The notes beneath the pieces were generated by a model. The model saw only the letters and a list, made by a program, of their open reading frames with translations. It ran no database searches and had not been told where the DNA came from. Shown here piece after piece: positions 38,399 to 47,758 of a DNA stretch of 64,000 nucleotides. Numbering within the stretch: position 1 is the first letter of the stretch; each line of letters opens with the position of its first letter. Origin of the DNA: an uncultured virus (IMG/VR IMGVR_UViG_3300027782_000043) (Duplodnaviria > Heunggongvirae > Uroviricota > Caudoviricetes); IMG/VR virus record IMGVR_UViG_3300027782_000043, one strand, 5' to 3'. A program made the translations under genes and the position numbers.

Positions 38399-38818
38399 AT
38401 GTCACTACTTAGAGAAACAATACGTAAAGTTTTAATCTTAGAAAAGAAGATTGCTGAGATCCAAGCAAAACTTACTGTTACCATGAATTTAAGATACCAA
38501 CAGGTAAATGTGCCTGGAATGAAGACCCACGCTGAAATACGAAAAAAAAGAGATTTTTCAAAAAGTGGTGATATAATTAGAGATTATGATATCTTAAATT
38601 CAGTAAAAAAAGTAAAGGATGATATAGTACAATATATTGTCATTGGTGAGTTATATGATGGTGTTGAGTTTGTAATTAAAGATGAATCAAGCTTACTTAG
38701 TATTGCAATTAGAATAGAAGAAGTTAATCCTTACGAATTTAATCTTTTTATTAAAACCGTTATGAGGGATGCTAATTTTTATGTTGGTAGAAATCAACTA
38801 GTTATTACCGCAAAATAA
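38399..38818 (+). CDS. Hypothetical protein with N-terminal leader
   Basis: MSLLRETIRKVLILE; TATTTATA at 38386. Confidence 0.7.
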   Translation: MSLLRETIRKVLILEKKIAEIQAKLTVTMNLRYQQVNVPGMKTHAEIRKKRDFSKSGDIIRDYDILNSVKKVKDDIVQYIVIGELYDGVEFVIKDESSLLSIAIRIEEVNPYEFNLFIKTVMRDANFYVGRNQLVITAK

Positions 38819-38819
38819 A

Positions 38820-38944
38820 CCCCCACTGGTACCAATGGGGGAGTGTAATTTCATCTTACATCACGAGTAAGATTGAGGATTTTCACCTAGAGAACATCGT
38901 GTCTCATTCCGCCGAGTTGTAAGGGTAATCTCGGTTCAACCCTT
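38820..38944. ncRNA. Candidate structured RNA (pseudoknot plus four hairpins)
   Basis: GC-enriched intergenic region in which almost all bases fall in stems; see findings. Confidence 0.5.
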
Positions 38945-38951
38945 TTTGTAA

Positions 38952-39398
38952 TTAACGATCCTCTATTGTAAATCCTTGAGAATCAACCTCAGGTCCATTA
39001 TCAATTAACATTTCAACTTTGATTTCTCCATCAACAAATCTTGACACAGAACAGAATTCAATTTCAACATCCTCATTAAGATTCAATTTAAACTCGTTAT
39101 ACTGTTCCTCAGTTTCAAATGACCCAACTTGACTTGCCGGTGATTGGTAAACTTTTAGACGATACGAACCAAATGGATTTTTAAGTTCAGAAACTTCCAT
39201 AATAAGATTATCAAACTTATAATTATCAGTACCATCTTCGGTTACAAATTTCCCATCCTTATCCCTTTTTAATGTTTGAGAATAATGGTACCCACAATTA
39301 CCACAATTTATATAATCTTCACCTGTTTTGTAATAGAAATCGCTAAACGCTTCTTGTTTACAATTTGGACATTCAATATAATCAATTACACTTCCCAT
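38952..39398 (-). CDS. Zn-ribbon hypothetical protein
   Basis: CPNC..CGNCG; promoter TTTG-N20-TATCTTTG at 39414-39445. Confidence 0.7.
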   Translation of the reverse strand: MGSVIDYIECPNCKQEAFSDFYYKTGEDYINCGNCGYHYSQTLKRDKDGKFVTEDGTDNYKFDNLIMEVSELKNPFGSYRLKVYQSPASQVGSFETEEQYNEFKLNLNEDVEIEFCSVSRFVDGEIKVEMLIDNGPEVDSQGFTIEDR

Positions 39399-39451
39399 TT
39401 TTTTATTTTTTTACAAAGATATATAACTTATTTTAATTTGCCAAATTTTTA

Positions 39452-40252
39452 TTATAAATAGTCAAATAATTCTGAACTATCGTTTCTTAATCTTCTTAAC
39501 GCCTTTTCTTTTATTTGTCTAACTCTTTCTTTTGTTAATCCAAAATCACTCCCAATATCTTCCAAAGTTCTTGGTGTTCCTGTGATCCCAAAATAATCAC
39601 CAATAATTGATTTTTCACGATCATCTAAATTATTTAATAACTTTAACATTTTTTCTTTTAAAATATCGTTTGTATTAAAAATAGCGTCAGGAGCTTCAGC
39701 CTCTTGATTAACAATCATATCAATAAGTGTATCCCCTTCTTCATTTATTTTCATGTCTAAATCAACAATAGATGGTAATCCAGTAAACTTATCTTCCATT
39801 TTTTTTCCAGATTGTTCAACTTCTTTTTTCGCTCTATGTAAATCTTGTACAACATTAACTGGTAATCTTATTGTTCTCGAATTATCGTTTAATGATTGTA
39901 AAATTGATTGTTTAACCCACCATACTGCGTATGAAATAAATCTAAGATCTTTATTCCAATCAAAATTTTTAATTGCTTTCAGTAAACCATGATTACCCTC
40001 AGCAATTAGATCTTGTAAATCTAATCCTTGGTTTTGATATTGTTTCGCTACTGTTATAACAAACCTTAAGTTACCCACAAGTAATTCTTCTTCAATTTGT
40101 TTTTTTTCAATTTCAGAAATATTATCTGATTTCATTTTTATCGCCAAAGTTTTTTCTCTTTCTGGTGACATAACTTTAATTTTTCTAATATCTTTAAGAT
40201 AGTAGTATACTTCTTCTTGATTAATTGTCATTCCTAAATTTTTACTTTTCAT
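39452..40252 (-). CDS. Sigma-70 factor, Bacteroidetes primary (RpoD/SigA-like) type
   Basis: NLRFVITVAKQYQNQG..DLIAEGN.GL..RFISYAVWW..RTIRLP; TLEDIG..LTKERVRQIKEKALRRLR; no region 1.1. Confidence 0.95.
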   Translation of the reverse strand: MKSKNLGMTINQEEVYYYLKDIRKIKVMSPEREKTLAIKMKSDNISEIEKKQIEEELLVGNLRFVITVAKQYQNQGLDLQDLIAEGNHGLLKAIKNFDWNKDLRFISYAVWWVKQSILQSLNDNSRTIRLPVNVVQDLHRAKKEVEQSGKKMEDKFTGLPSIVDLDMKINEEGDTLIDMIVNQEAEAPDAIFNTNDILKEKMLKLLNNLDDREKSIIGDYFGITGTPRTLEDIGSDFGLTKERVRQIKEKALRRLRNDSSELFDYL

Positions 40253-40257
40253 TTTTT

Positions 40258-40755
40258 TTAATTTGATTGTGAATATTCGTCTAATTTTTGTTTTTCTAAA
40301 TCTGTTAAAGATGCTAAACCACTATCTCCAATTTTATCCAACAATTCATCTAATGTTAGATTACAACGTTGATTAAAGTTCTTAATTAAATTAAGAAAAT
40401 CAAATGGGTCATTGTCAAAAAAATTAAGTTCTTTTTTTTGTTTTGGTTTTCTTGTTTTTTTCAAAGATAAAAGATAATCAAGATGCTCTTTTGGTATATT
40501 AGAAGAGGTTTTATTTGGTTTTGGTATTAAAAAATATTGTGGACTATCCAAGTCATTAAAAATAACATTAACCCATTCTGACACATATTCAATGTGTAAG
40601 TCTGATGAAAAATGAATAATTGCATGTTTTCCACCAGAAATTAATTTGGCTTCGTTTGATGTCATTTCTTTTGATACTTCAAATGCTATCTCTTGTGTTT
40701 TTTCTTCTGTGTTTTCTGTGGTTTCCTCGTAGAAAATAAAAAGTAAGTAATTCAT
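40258..40755 (-). CDS. Hypothetical protein with C-terminal DUF6576-like helix
   Basis: LDELLDKIGDSGLASLTDLEKQKL. Start moved to MNYLLF because a TATATTTG element lies at 40779-40786. Confidence 0.6.
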   Translation of the reverse strand: MNYLLFIFYEETTENTEEKTQEIAFEVSKEMTSNEAKLISGGKHAIIHFSSDLHIEYVSEWVNVIFNDLDSPQYFLIPKPNKTSSNIPKEHLDYLLSLKKTRKPKQKKELNFFDNDPFDFLNLIKNFNQRCNLTLDELLDKIGDSGLASLTDLEKQKLDEYSQSN

Positions 40756-40805
40756 ATGTGTGTTTTTAATTGTTTTTACAAATATAGGAATAAAATTATA
40801 ATAAA

Positions 40806-43178
40806 TCACAAAACTTTTGAAAAATTATTTTCTTTTTTAATTTTAACAACATGATCCCCCCATGTGCCCACAATACTATTGTGAGTAATAACAAAAATCT
40901 TTTCAAAGTAATCCTTGATCTTTGTAAAGAACTCATATACCATCTCTAAGTTGTCATTGGCAATTTTTCCAAACACCTCATCTAAAACCACAAGATTTGG
41001 TTTTGGTAAACTTGAGATCTTGGTAAGAACAGATCTTAAGGCTAAAGATGAAATTGTCTTTTCAAATCCTGAACCTGAAGTCATTAATTTTTCAATACCC
41101 GTTTCATTATCGGTCATAATAAACTCGACTTCGTTTTTATCATTGATTCGAACTTCCAATTTAAAGTAACAAGAATCTTCCATCAATCTTTGTAGTTCAG
41201 AGTTTATTAGTGGCATCATGGTTTTCATAATCATTTTAGATATACCATTCTTACCATAAATTTCTAAGTAAATCTTATATATTTTATCTTTTTTCTCTTC
41301 TTCTTTTATTGTTTCAATTTTATTTTTATTAAGATCAATTTTTTCTTCAAGTGATTTAATTGATGATTCACTTGTAGTAATTGAATTACTAATTGTTCTT
41401 CTTTGGATTTCCAAATCATCTAATCTAATGTCAGCTTTTATTAATAATGAATCAATCTTTTGGTTTTCTTGAATTTTATCTTGTATCTCTTCCCAACGTT
41501 TAATCTTATCGTTTAATGATTCAATTTTTAAATTACAACTTTCAATACTTAATTCATACTTTTCTTTAATGAGTTTGTTTTTTTCATACTCATCAAATTC
41601 TTTTTTAAGTTGTACAAAACTTTGTTCTTTGCTTGATAAAACATGCATAAGTGTCGTTTTTGTGTTTTTTTGCACAATTAACCCATCAAGTTCTGTAATT
41701 TTTGCGTTGGTGATCGATGCGTTCATTAACTCAATTCCACAATGAGAACATTTAATTCCTCCCTCTACTTCTGATTTTAATTTAGTTATTGATTCAATTT
41801 CAGTATCAAGTTTAATTGTCTCTTTATAAACTTCATTATATTGTTCTTTAACCTCGTCATGTTTATTTTCATAATAAAACTCAGATGGTTCAACAACTTT
41901 GATTTCGGATTTTTTTAATAAAAAACCATTCTTATCTCTTTCAATTTCTTGTATCTCAACTCTTGTTTTATCAGGTTTTAACAAACTTAACTCATGATTA
42001 ATATTTGTATGTTTTTTCTTTAACATATCATCACGATATGATTTACCCTTTGTAATCGCATCATTAACATTAAACAAACTTTGTTCATTATTTTTAATTT
42101 GAACATTTAATTCTAAAATTGATTCTTGATGTGTTTCAATCTCACTTTTTAATTGTTCTGACGAATAAATGTTTGATATCTTTTGTTTTGAGAAATCCCC
42201 ATATATTTCTTTGGCAACTTCTTCTTTTCTTTTTAAAAATTCAAGACCCATAAATCTTGACAATACTTGTCCTCTTGATGTTGGTTTTGCCTCTAACAAA
42301 TCTTCAAGATTTGATCCTGTTGTTAGAATTGTAGTTAAAAAATCTTCTTTTGTTCCAATTGAGTTTTTAATAAAAGATTCAGTTTCTCTTCTTTGTTCTC
42401 CAGTAAAGTTTAATAATGTTCCATCTGATAATTTTTTAAAAAAATCCAACTCTGTTTTAACATTCCATTCATTTTTTTTGGATATTTTTCTTTCAATGTT
42501 TCTAACAATAACATAATCCTCACCGTCAATTGTAATTTCACCTTTAACATGAACCTTGTCTTTGTTTGAATACCTGTTAAATATTTCTTCGGCTTTTGTG
42601 GTCTTGGTTGTTTCATTAAAAAATAAGAACATTAATAAATCTACAGTAAGAACTGTTTTACCACCAAAATTTGGTGGATCAGACTCAACAACCACAATAC
42701 CATTTAATTTATCAAAATCTAATTTTTGATTTTCACCATATGATAAAAAGTTTGAAAATTCAATGTTTCTAATATACCACTTTTTAAATTGAGATTGATT
42801 TTCTTCATCTCCAGACATTTTGTTTTCAACCATATTATTGATTGATAACACATCTTCTGTCATATGATTATAATCTTTTGAAACAAGAAAGTTTTTTATA
42901 AGATCCAACTGATAGTTTTTGTCACTAATATTAACGGAAACGTCAATACTTTGTGTTGTATCAGTTTCAACTATTTTTGATTTAGTCAGGACATTAACAT
43001 TAGTTGTGTTATATTTTTTTTGAAAGTAATATTTAACACTTTTGATCTTGTCTTGTGTAAAGTTTTCTGGTAAATCCTCCCAAACAACTTGAACTGTTGG
43101 ATTTTCAAATACAGAAAAGTCTAAATTTTTTATCATTATATTATAATTAAATAATTTTGGGGGATTAAATAAATCCAC
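40806..43178 (-). CDS. SbcC/Rad50 (gp46-like) recombination ATPase
   Basis: IEFSNFLSYG, NFGGKT Walker A, CSHC zinc hook, SGSGFEK signature, VVLDEVFG Walker B, ITH. Confidence 0.93.
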   Translation of the reverse strand: MDLFNPPKLFNYNIMIKNLDFSVFENPTVQVVWEDLPENFTQDKIKSVKYYFQKKYNTTNVNVLTKSKIVETDTTQSIDVSVNISDKNYQLDLIKNFLVSKDYNHMTEDVLSINNMVENKMSGDEENQSQFKKWYIRNIEFSNFLSYGENQKLDFDKLNGIVVVESDPPNFGGKTVLTVDLLMFLFFNETTKTTKAEEIFNRYSNKDKVHVKGEITIDGEDYVIVRNIERKISKKNEWNVKTELDFFKKLSDGTLLNFTGEQRRETESFIKNSIGTKEDFLTTILTTGSNLEDLLEAKPTSRGQVLSRFMGLEFLKRKEEVAKEIYGDFSKQKISNIYSSEQLKSEIETHQESILELNVQIKNNEQSLFNVNDAITKGKSYRDDMLKKKHTNINHELSLLKPDKTRVEIQEIERDKNGFLLKKSEIKVVEPSEFYYENKHDEVKEQYNEVYKETIKLDTEIESITKLKSEVEGGIKCSHCGIELMNASITNAKITELDGLIVQKNTKTTLMHVLSSKEQSFVQLKKEFDEYEKNKLIKEKYELSIESCNLKIESLNDKIKRWEEIQDKIQENQKIDSLLIKADIRLDDLEIQRRTISNSITTSESSIKSLEEKIDLNKNKIETIKEEEKKDKIYKIYLEIYGKNGISKMIMKTMMPLINSELQRLMEDSCYFKLEVRINDKNEVEFIMTDNETGIEKLMTSGSGFEKTISSLALRSVLTKISSLPKPNLVVLDEVFGKIANDNLEMVYEFFTKIKDYFEKIFVITHNSIVGTWGDHVVKIKKENNFSKVL

Positions 43179-43182
43179 TTTT

Positions 43183-43419
43183 TTATTTTTCTATGTTAAT
43201 ATTTTTTTCGTCTATAACTATATTATTTTTTACCTCTTCAACAACTTCAAAACCTAAATCTTGACCATTCAATTCAACATTTAAGTTTTCAGTTTCTGAC
43301 ATCATTTTTTGAGCCTCAAACATTTTTTCAATTGCTTTTTTCATTGCGTATTTTTCTACTGTAATTTTTTGGTTTCTTTTTTCTACTTTTGCTCTATGAG
43401 CTTTTGACGACTTTCCCAT
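43183..43419 (-). CDS. Hypothetical protein
   Basis: ORF. Confidence 0.6.
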   Translation of the reverse strand: MGKSSKAHRAKVEKRNQKITVEKYAMKKAIEKMFEAQKMMSETENLNVELNGQDLGFEVVEEVKNNIVIDEKNINIEK

Positions 43420-43442
43420 TTTTATTTATTTTATTTTATTTA

Positions 43443-43805
43443 TTACTCTTCAATGTTGGTGTTTGGTCTATTTTCTTCAAACCATTCAATTATTGCGTTA
43501 ATCCCCCAAACTGATCCAGCGGATAACATTCCATCAAAAAATACGGAATAATATTGATTAAGTCCAATAAAATGTGAAATTGGTGAAAAAAAACATAAGG
43601 ATAAGAAAAAACCAACCCATGTGCTTGTACACAACATACATTTTATTAAATCAGACACAAAAGAAAACACAGGTGTAAATAAAACCCACCCAATGTTTGG
43701 TTGTGCGTTTTTGTGTATCCAATTTCTCAACCCATTAAAGATTGACCCGTAAACAAGTATTGTTGTCAAACCATATGCAACAATCATAAAAATTAAAACT
43801 TCCAT
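43443..43805 (-). CDS. DUF1360-like membrane protein
   Basis: TM helices with LIKCMLCTSTWVG. Confidence 0.6.
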   Translation of the reverse strand: MEVLIFMIVAYGLTTILVYGSIFNGLRNWIHKNAQPNIGWVLFTPVFSFVSDLIKCMLCTSTWVGFFLSLCFFSPISHFIGLNQYYSVFFDGMLSAGSVWGINAIIEWFEENRPNTNIEE

Positions 43806-44350
43806 TATATTCTATTATTTAAATTTGATCCCCTAAGAAAAACAGCCCCTTTATTTGAACTGAGATTCTCAAGATCTCGGTTTATTTTTTCTAATTCTTT
43901 TATTCTTTCGTTTTTTGTTTGAAGTTCTTTCCTGAGAGATATTAATGTTTCTTGTAACATTTCCACCCTATCATTTGGTTTCTCAACTTCTTTGATGACT
44001 TCAACTATTTTTTCCACCTCTTTGATTATTTCAACCGGTGGTTCGTCTAAAGAAATGTCTAAATTATATCTAAGTTCGTCTAATTTTTCATCCTTTTTAG
44101 ACATTTCTTCTTCCAACTGTTTGATTTTTAATAACAGTTCATTTTCACCTGTTTTTAAGTCTTTTTCTCCTTCATTAAGTGTTTCTCCCAAAAGACCAAA
44201 CTTCTTAATGTCAAAACCTTGTTTGAAACAAAGGTAGATAAAATTGTCTTTATCCTCAATATTGTTTGCGTCACAAAATGAAGACACCGACAGCATTATT
44301 GTTTTATTAAATATTTTGGAGTCTTTCTGTTCCATTCTCAATATCTTCAA
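43805..44350 (-). CDS. Coiled-coil protein with (V/I)EIIKEV repeats
   Basis: VEIIKEVEKIVEVIKEVEK. Confidence 0.65.
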   Translation of the reverse strand: MKILRMEQKDSKIFNKTIMLSVSSFCDANNIEDKDNFIYLCFKQGFDIKKFGLLGETLNEGEKDLKTGENELLLKIKQLEEEMSKKDEKLDELRYNLDISLDEPPVEIIKEVEKIVEVIKEVEKPNDRVEMLQETLISLRKELQTKNERIKELEKINRDLENLSSNKGAVFLRGSNLNNRI

Positions 44351-45086
44351 ATGATTTTATGGTGAACTTTAAAAATGGTTTTGGATTTGGTAGATCAACA
44401 TAATCATAACCTTTTGTCACAACATCGTATATACCATATCCGTGTTTACCAATACTTTCACCAATATTTTGTTGTATTGGACTTCCAATCATATAACCTT
44501 TACCCGTCTTAAACTTAAATTCTTGTCTTTTATGAATGTCCCCACATAATACGGATTCAAGTCCATTAAACTTTTCTACGTCATAAGCCTCCTCACCAAA
44601 ATCAAATCCAAGATCCGTTTTCATTCCTTGAATTGGACCGTGAAACAACCCAATTCTTTTTCCTTTAGCATCTGTTAAATCAGGAGGAATATTTCCTTGA
44701 TACTGTGAATACACACACCAACTAATGTTTTCATCTTCGTAAACACCTCTATCTTTATAGTAAACAATATTATTACTATTTAAAGAATTTATAATCGGAG
44801 ATAGTGCGTCTAACCTTTCTGTATTATTTACTAAAAAATCATGATTTCCAGGAATTATAATTATTTTACAAATGTTAGAACATTCAGTTAATAACCATGA
44901 AACAATATCTATTAGTTCCGGTGTAAGTTGATTTTTAGAATGAACAAGGTCTCCCGTAAATATAATCCTATCAGGTTTTAATTCTTTCCATTGATCAATC
45001 GCCGTTTCTAATATTGATCGATACAAATCGTGGTCTTTGAAAAGACGGATGTGTAAGTCAGAAAAGTGTACTAAAGTTTTAATCAT
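44307..45086 (-). CDS. SbcD/Mre11 (gp47-like) nuclease
   Basis: SDLH, TGDLVH, PGNHD, FHG, CGDIH, GSPIQQN; start taken at MIKTLVHF. Confidence 0.9.
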   Translation of the reverse strand: MIKTLVHFSDLHIRLFKDHDLYRSILETAIDQWKELKPDRIIFTGDLVHSKNQLTPELIDIVSWLLTECSNICKIIIIPGNHDFLVNNTERLDALSPIINSLNSNNIVYYKDRGVYEDENISWCVYSQYQGNIPPDLTDAKGKRIGLFHGPIQGMKTDLGFDFGEEAYDVEKFNGLESVLCGDIHKRQEFKFKTGKGYMIGSPIQQNIGESIGKHGYGIYDVVTKGYDYVDLPNPKPFLKFTIKSFEDIENGTERLQNI

Positions 45087-45261
45087 TTTTACTTCTATTA
45101 AATGGTTCTTTCTTAAAAAAATATCCAGAGATATCAACATACCTTAATAGTTCAATATTACCTTCAACAGTTGTTGTTCCTTTTGATGATTTAAGCATTG
45201 CAATTTTGTACCCAAAACGGTTCGATAACCATTTAATGAATAATGCGGGGTATCTTTTCAT
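45079..45261 (-). CDS. Hypothetical protein
   Basis: Coupled ORF. Confidence 0.5.
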   Translation of the reverse strand: MKRYPALFIKWLSNRFGYKIAMLKSSKGTTTVEGNIELLRYVDISGYFFKKEPFNRSKND

Positions 45262-45373
45262 ATTTTATATTGTTTTATTTTTATATCTTCAACACACAAA
45301 AAAAATTTTGGTTATCTAAGTTTTTTTAAAATATATTTTAAAAATTTGTATCTTAATTTATATATCATATTAT

Positions 45374-45823
45374 TTAATTGTTCGGTTTAACCGTTATTGT
45401 ATATTTTCTAGTATAACTAGAATCCTCATTTTTTACTAACACACCTAACACAGGTGTAAACCCATTTGGGTCATACATAACTGGCGTAATAACAACATTT
45501 ATGTTAGAGTTTTCTAATTGGGTTTTAATTTGTTGAGTTATTGACAACTCATTAATTTCTGTAATTAAATATTTATCCTTTAACGGTGGTTTGTAACCAT
45601 ATTCCGTTTCTTGTTTCCGCTTCAACCAATTGTTTGCGGTCAAGTATAAACTTTTATAATTAGTATTCTTTTTAAAATTTTCGATGTTATTTAGAATGTC
45701 GTCAATTTGTTGTTTAGAATATTCCAACCTTAATTTATTAAATTCATCGACGCTTAAACTTAAATGTGCGAATGCCCTATATGTATTTTCTTTATTATTC
45801 TTGTTTGTTGTTATTTTTTTCAT
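45374..45823 (-). CDS. Hypothetical protein; N-terminal half resembles the C-terminal domain of phage replication initiators
   Basis: [19 protein letters not shown]...[14 protein letters not shown]. Confidence 0.55.
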   Translation of the reverse strand: MKKITTNKNNKENTYRAFAHLSLSVDEFNKLRLEYSKQQIDDILNNIENFKKNTNYKSLYLTANNWLKRKQETEYGYKPPLKDKYLITEINELSITQQIKTQLENSNINVVITPVMYDPNGFTPVLGVLVKNEDSSYTRKYTITVKPNN

Positions 45824-45841
45824 TTTTAATTATTTGTTTGT

Positions 45842-46174
45842 TTATTCTATTATTTTTTCAACATAAGTTGATGTCTCACCTTCAGTAAATCCTTTTTCAA
45901 TTAATAATGGTAATGAACCTGGTTTACACCAAGCATATACTGTATACCCACTATAACGAGTTTTAACATATTCCCATCTAGTATCCCATAACTTTCTAAA
46001 AATACCTTTTAGTCTATGTTCCTCATGTACCCAAGCATCTAAGAATTTTATTTTATTACTCTCTTCTCGTTCCATATATATGTGTCCCACAATCTCACCA
46101 TTTAACATGGCAATCCATGTTTCAAGTTGTTGAGCATTACTCTTAAGATGAATAATTTTAATATCTTCAATCAT
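45842..46174 (-). CDS. GNAT acetyltransferase
   Basis: AWVHEEHRLKGIFRKL motif A; LIEKGF. Confidence 0.8.
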   Translation of the reverse strand: MIEDIKIIHLKSNAQQLETWIAMLNGEIVGHIYMEREESNKIKFLDAWVHEEHRLKGIFRKLWDTRWEYVKTRYSGYTVYAWCKPGSLPLLIEKGFTEGETSTYVEKIIE

Positions 46175-46176
46175 AA

Positions 46177-46395
46177 CTACATTACTATTTTTGGTGGATA
46201 TCCCAAATCATTATCTATTGGGAATGGATTAATAGGTATTGGTATTGACCTATATGGTTCCGCAATACCAAATTTACTTTCTTCTTTTACTTGACCCATT
46301 TTTTCAACAATAGGTAAAATTTCTATGTGTTTGTTTTCAAGTTTACCATAAAGATAACCTTCTAACCAAATATAAAATTCTTTGTGTGTTAACAT
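46177..46395 (-). CDS. Hypothetical protein
   Basis: ORF. Confidence 0.55.
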   Translation of the reverse strand: MLTHKEFYIWLEGYLYGKLENKHIEILPIVEKMGQVKEESKFGIAEPYRSIPIPINPFPIDNDLGYPPKIVM

Positions 46396-46534
46396 AATTC
46401 TCTACTATAAAGATTTACTAAAATAATTCTTGCAAACTTAAAATCTTTTGCTCTGTTTAATTTTAAACCATACGCCAACGCCACACTATTAAGGTGTGGA
46501 TATGCTTCAGTTAATGTCATTTTACCAATTTCCA

Positions 46535-46753
46535 TTATTCAAAAATTAAAAATTCTTCATTTACAAATCCACAACTATTACACATATATGTAGGAAACGG
46601 AACAATTGTATCTTCGTGACTTCCTGTTAATAATTTAGGTACTTTTTTTAACATACTTACTTCTTTAAAAAACTTTGAACCACACTCTTCACAGATTATA
46701 GTTGGTTGTATTCTAAGATCAATTTTAGGTTTTATACTGTTATCTTCTCCCAT
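46535..46753 (-). CDS. Small Zn-ribbon protein
   Basis: CEECG...CNSCG. Confidence 0.7.
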   Translation of the reverse strand: MGEDNSIKPKIDLRIQPTIICEECGSKFFKEVSMLKKVPKLLTGSHEDTIVPFPTYMCNSCGFVNEEFLIFE

Positions 46754-46861
46754 TTTATAATATAATTTATATTTATTTTAATTGTTGTATTGTCCCAACT
46801 TGTGTTGGTGAACCAAACTGGTGTAATTATAGTTTTCATACTCAATAATAGTTTATTTTTA

Positions 46862-47716
46862 TTATTTTGTCAAATACTTTTTCATATCCATTTCAAGAAT
46901 TGTGTTAATCGTTTTCTTTAAGACTCTATGTTCAACATATTCTCTTTCTTCCGTTAATAAAACAACAATACAACCCATCAATTTAATGTTCTCATATTTC
47001 GTACCCTCTAACATCTTCAATAATAACTTACCGTAAAATGGTAATTGAGTGTTGTAGTGACCAAGAGCGTTATCAGGTAAATCTTCAAATGGTTTCTTCA
47101 TTGGTTTTGTAAACATATTCTTTTCAAAGTTTTTAGGTTTGTTTGTTTTCCAATCCGTAATTAAAATACCAAGATCACCATTTGTACCAATAATTAACCA
47201 TACCTTATCGGGTTGTCCTGTATAACCCAATTCAGGGTGACCCAAAACCATTTCCGTATCAAGTAAAATACAATTACGTTCTTTAAGTAAATCAATGTAT
47301 TGTTTACCCGCAACAACCATAGTATCTCCTTTTACAATCTGTTCGGCATCACATTCATAAATTGGTTGTCTAACTTCTTTACTAATACCAAATTCTTCTA
47401 AGGTATGTTTTTCTAATAAGAAGTGAACACGAGAACCCATGTTTGTGGAATATGTTCCAGCGGCAGCCCATTCCTCCAATAATCGTTGTTGTTCATAAGG
47501 ATCACCATTTGCCTTTCTAAATGAAATTCCTTCAGAATCAAATTCCGTATAGAAATATTTCATTAATTTAGAAACAGAAGGGAAATCATCCCTTAATTTA
47601 CCACTAACATCCAACATTGTGTACTTGTGAGCATCCTCCTCAAATGTTAATTGAAACTCTTTTTGTTTTTCTGATATGATTTCTCTGATCTCTTCAGATA
47701 TTTTTTTTAAATCCAT
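46862..47716 (-). CDS. PD-(D/E)XK nuclease (phage exonuclease-like)
   Basis: PSVS, GSRVH, E..GQPD..ITDWKT, YNTQLPFY. Confidence 0.85.
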   Translation of the reverse strand: MDLKKISEEIREIISEKQKEFQLTFEEDAHKYTMLDVSGKLRDDFPSVSKLMKYFYTEFDSEGISFRKANGDPYEQQRLLEEWAAAGTYSTNMGSRVHFLLEKHTLEEFGISKEVRQPIYECDAEQIVKGDTMVVAGKQYIDLLKERNCILLDTEMVLGHPELGYTGQPDKVWLIIGTNGDLGILITDWKTNKPKNFEKNMFTKPMKKPFEDLPDNALGHYNTQLPFYGKLLLKMLEGTKYENIKLMGCIVVLLTEEREYVEHRVLKKTINTILEMDMKKYLTK

Positions 47717-47758
47717 GTTTTTTTTGTTTTATTTTACAAAGATAATACTTTTTTTTTA

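Noticed and set aside
38870..38915. tRNA (GGCGGAAT and GGTGAAAATCC resemble D and T arms)
   Set aside because: No acceptor stem or properly spaced anticodon arm could be built; kept only as an unknown structured RNA.
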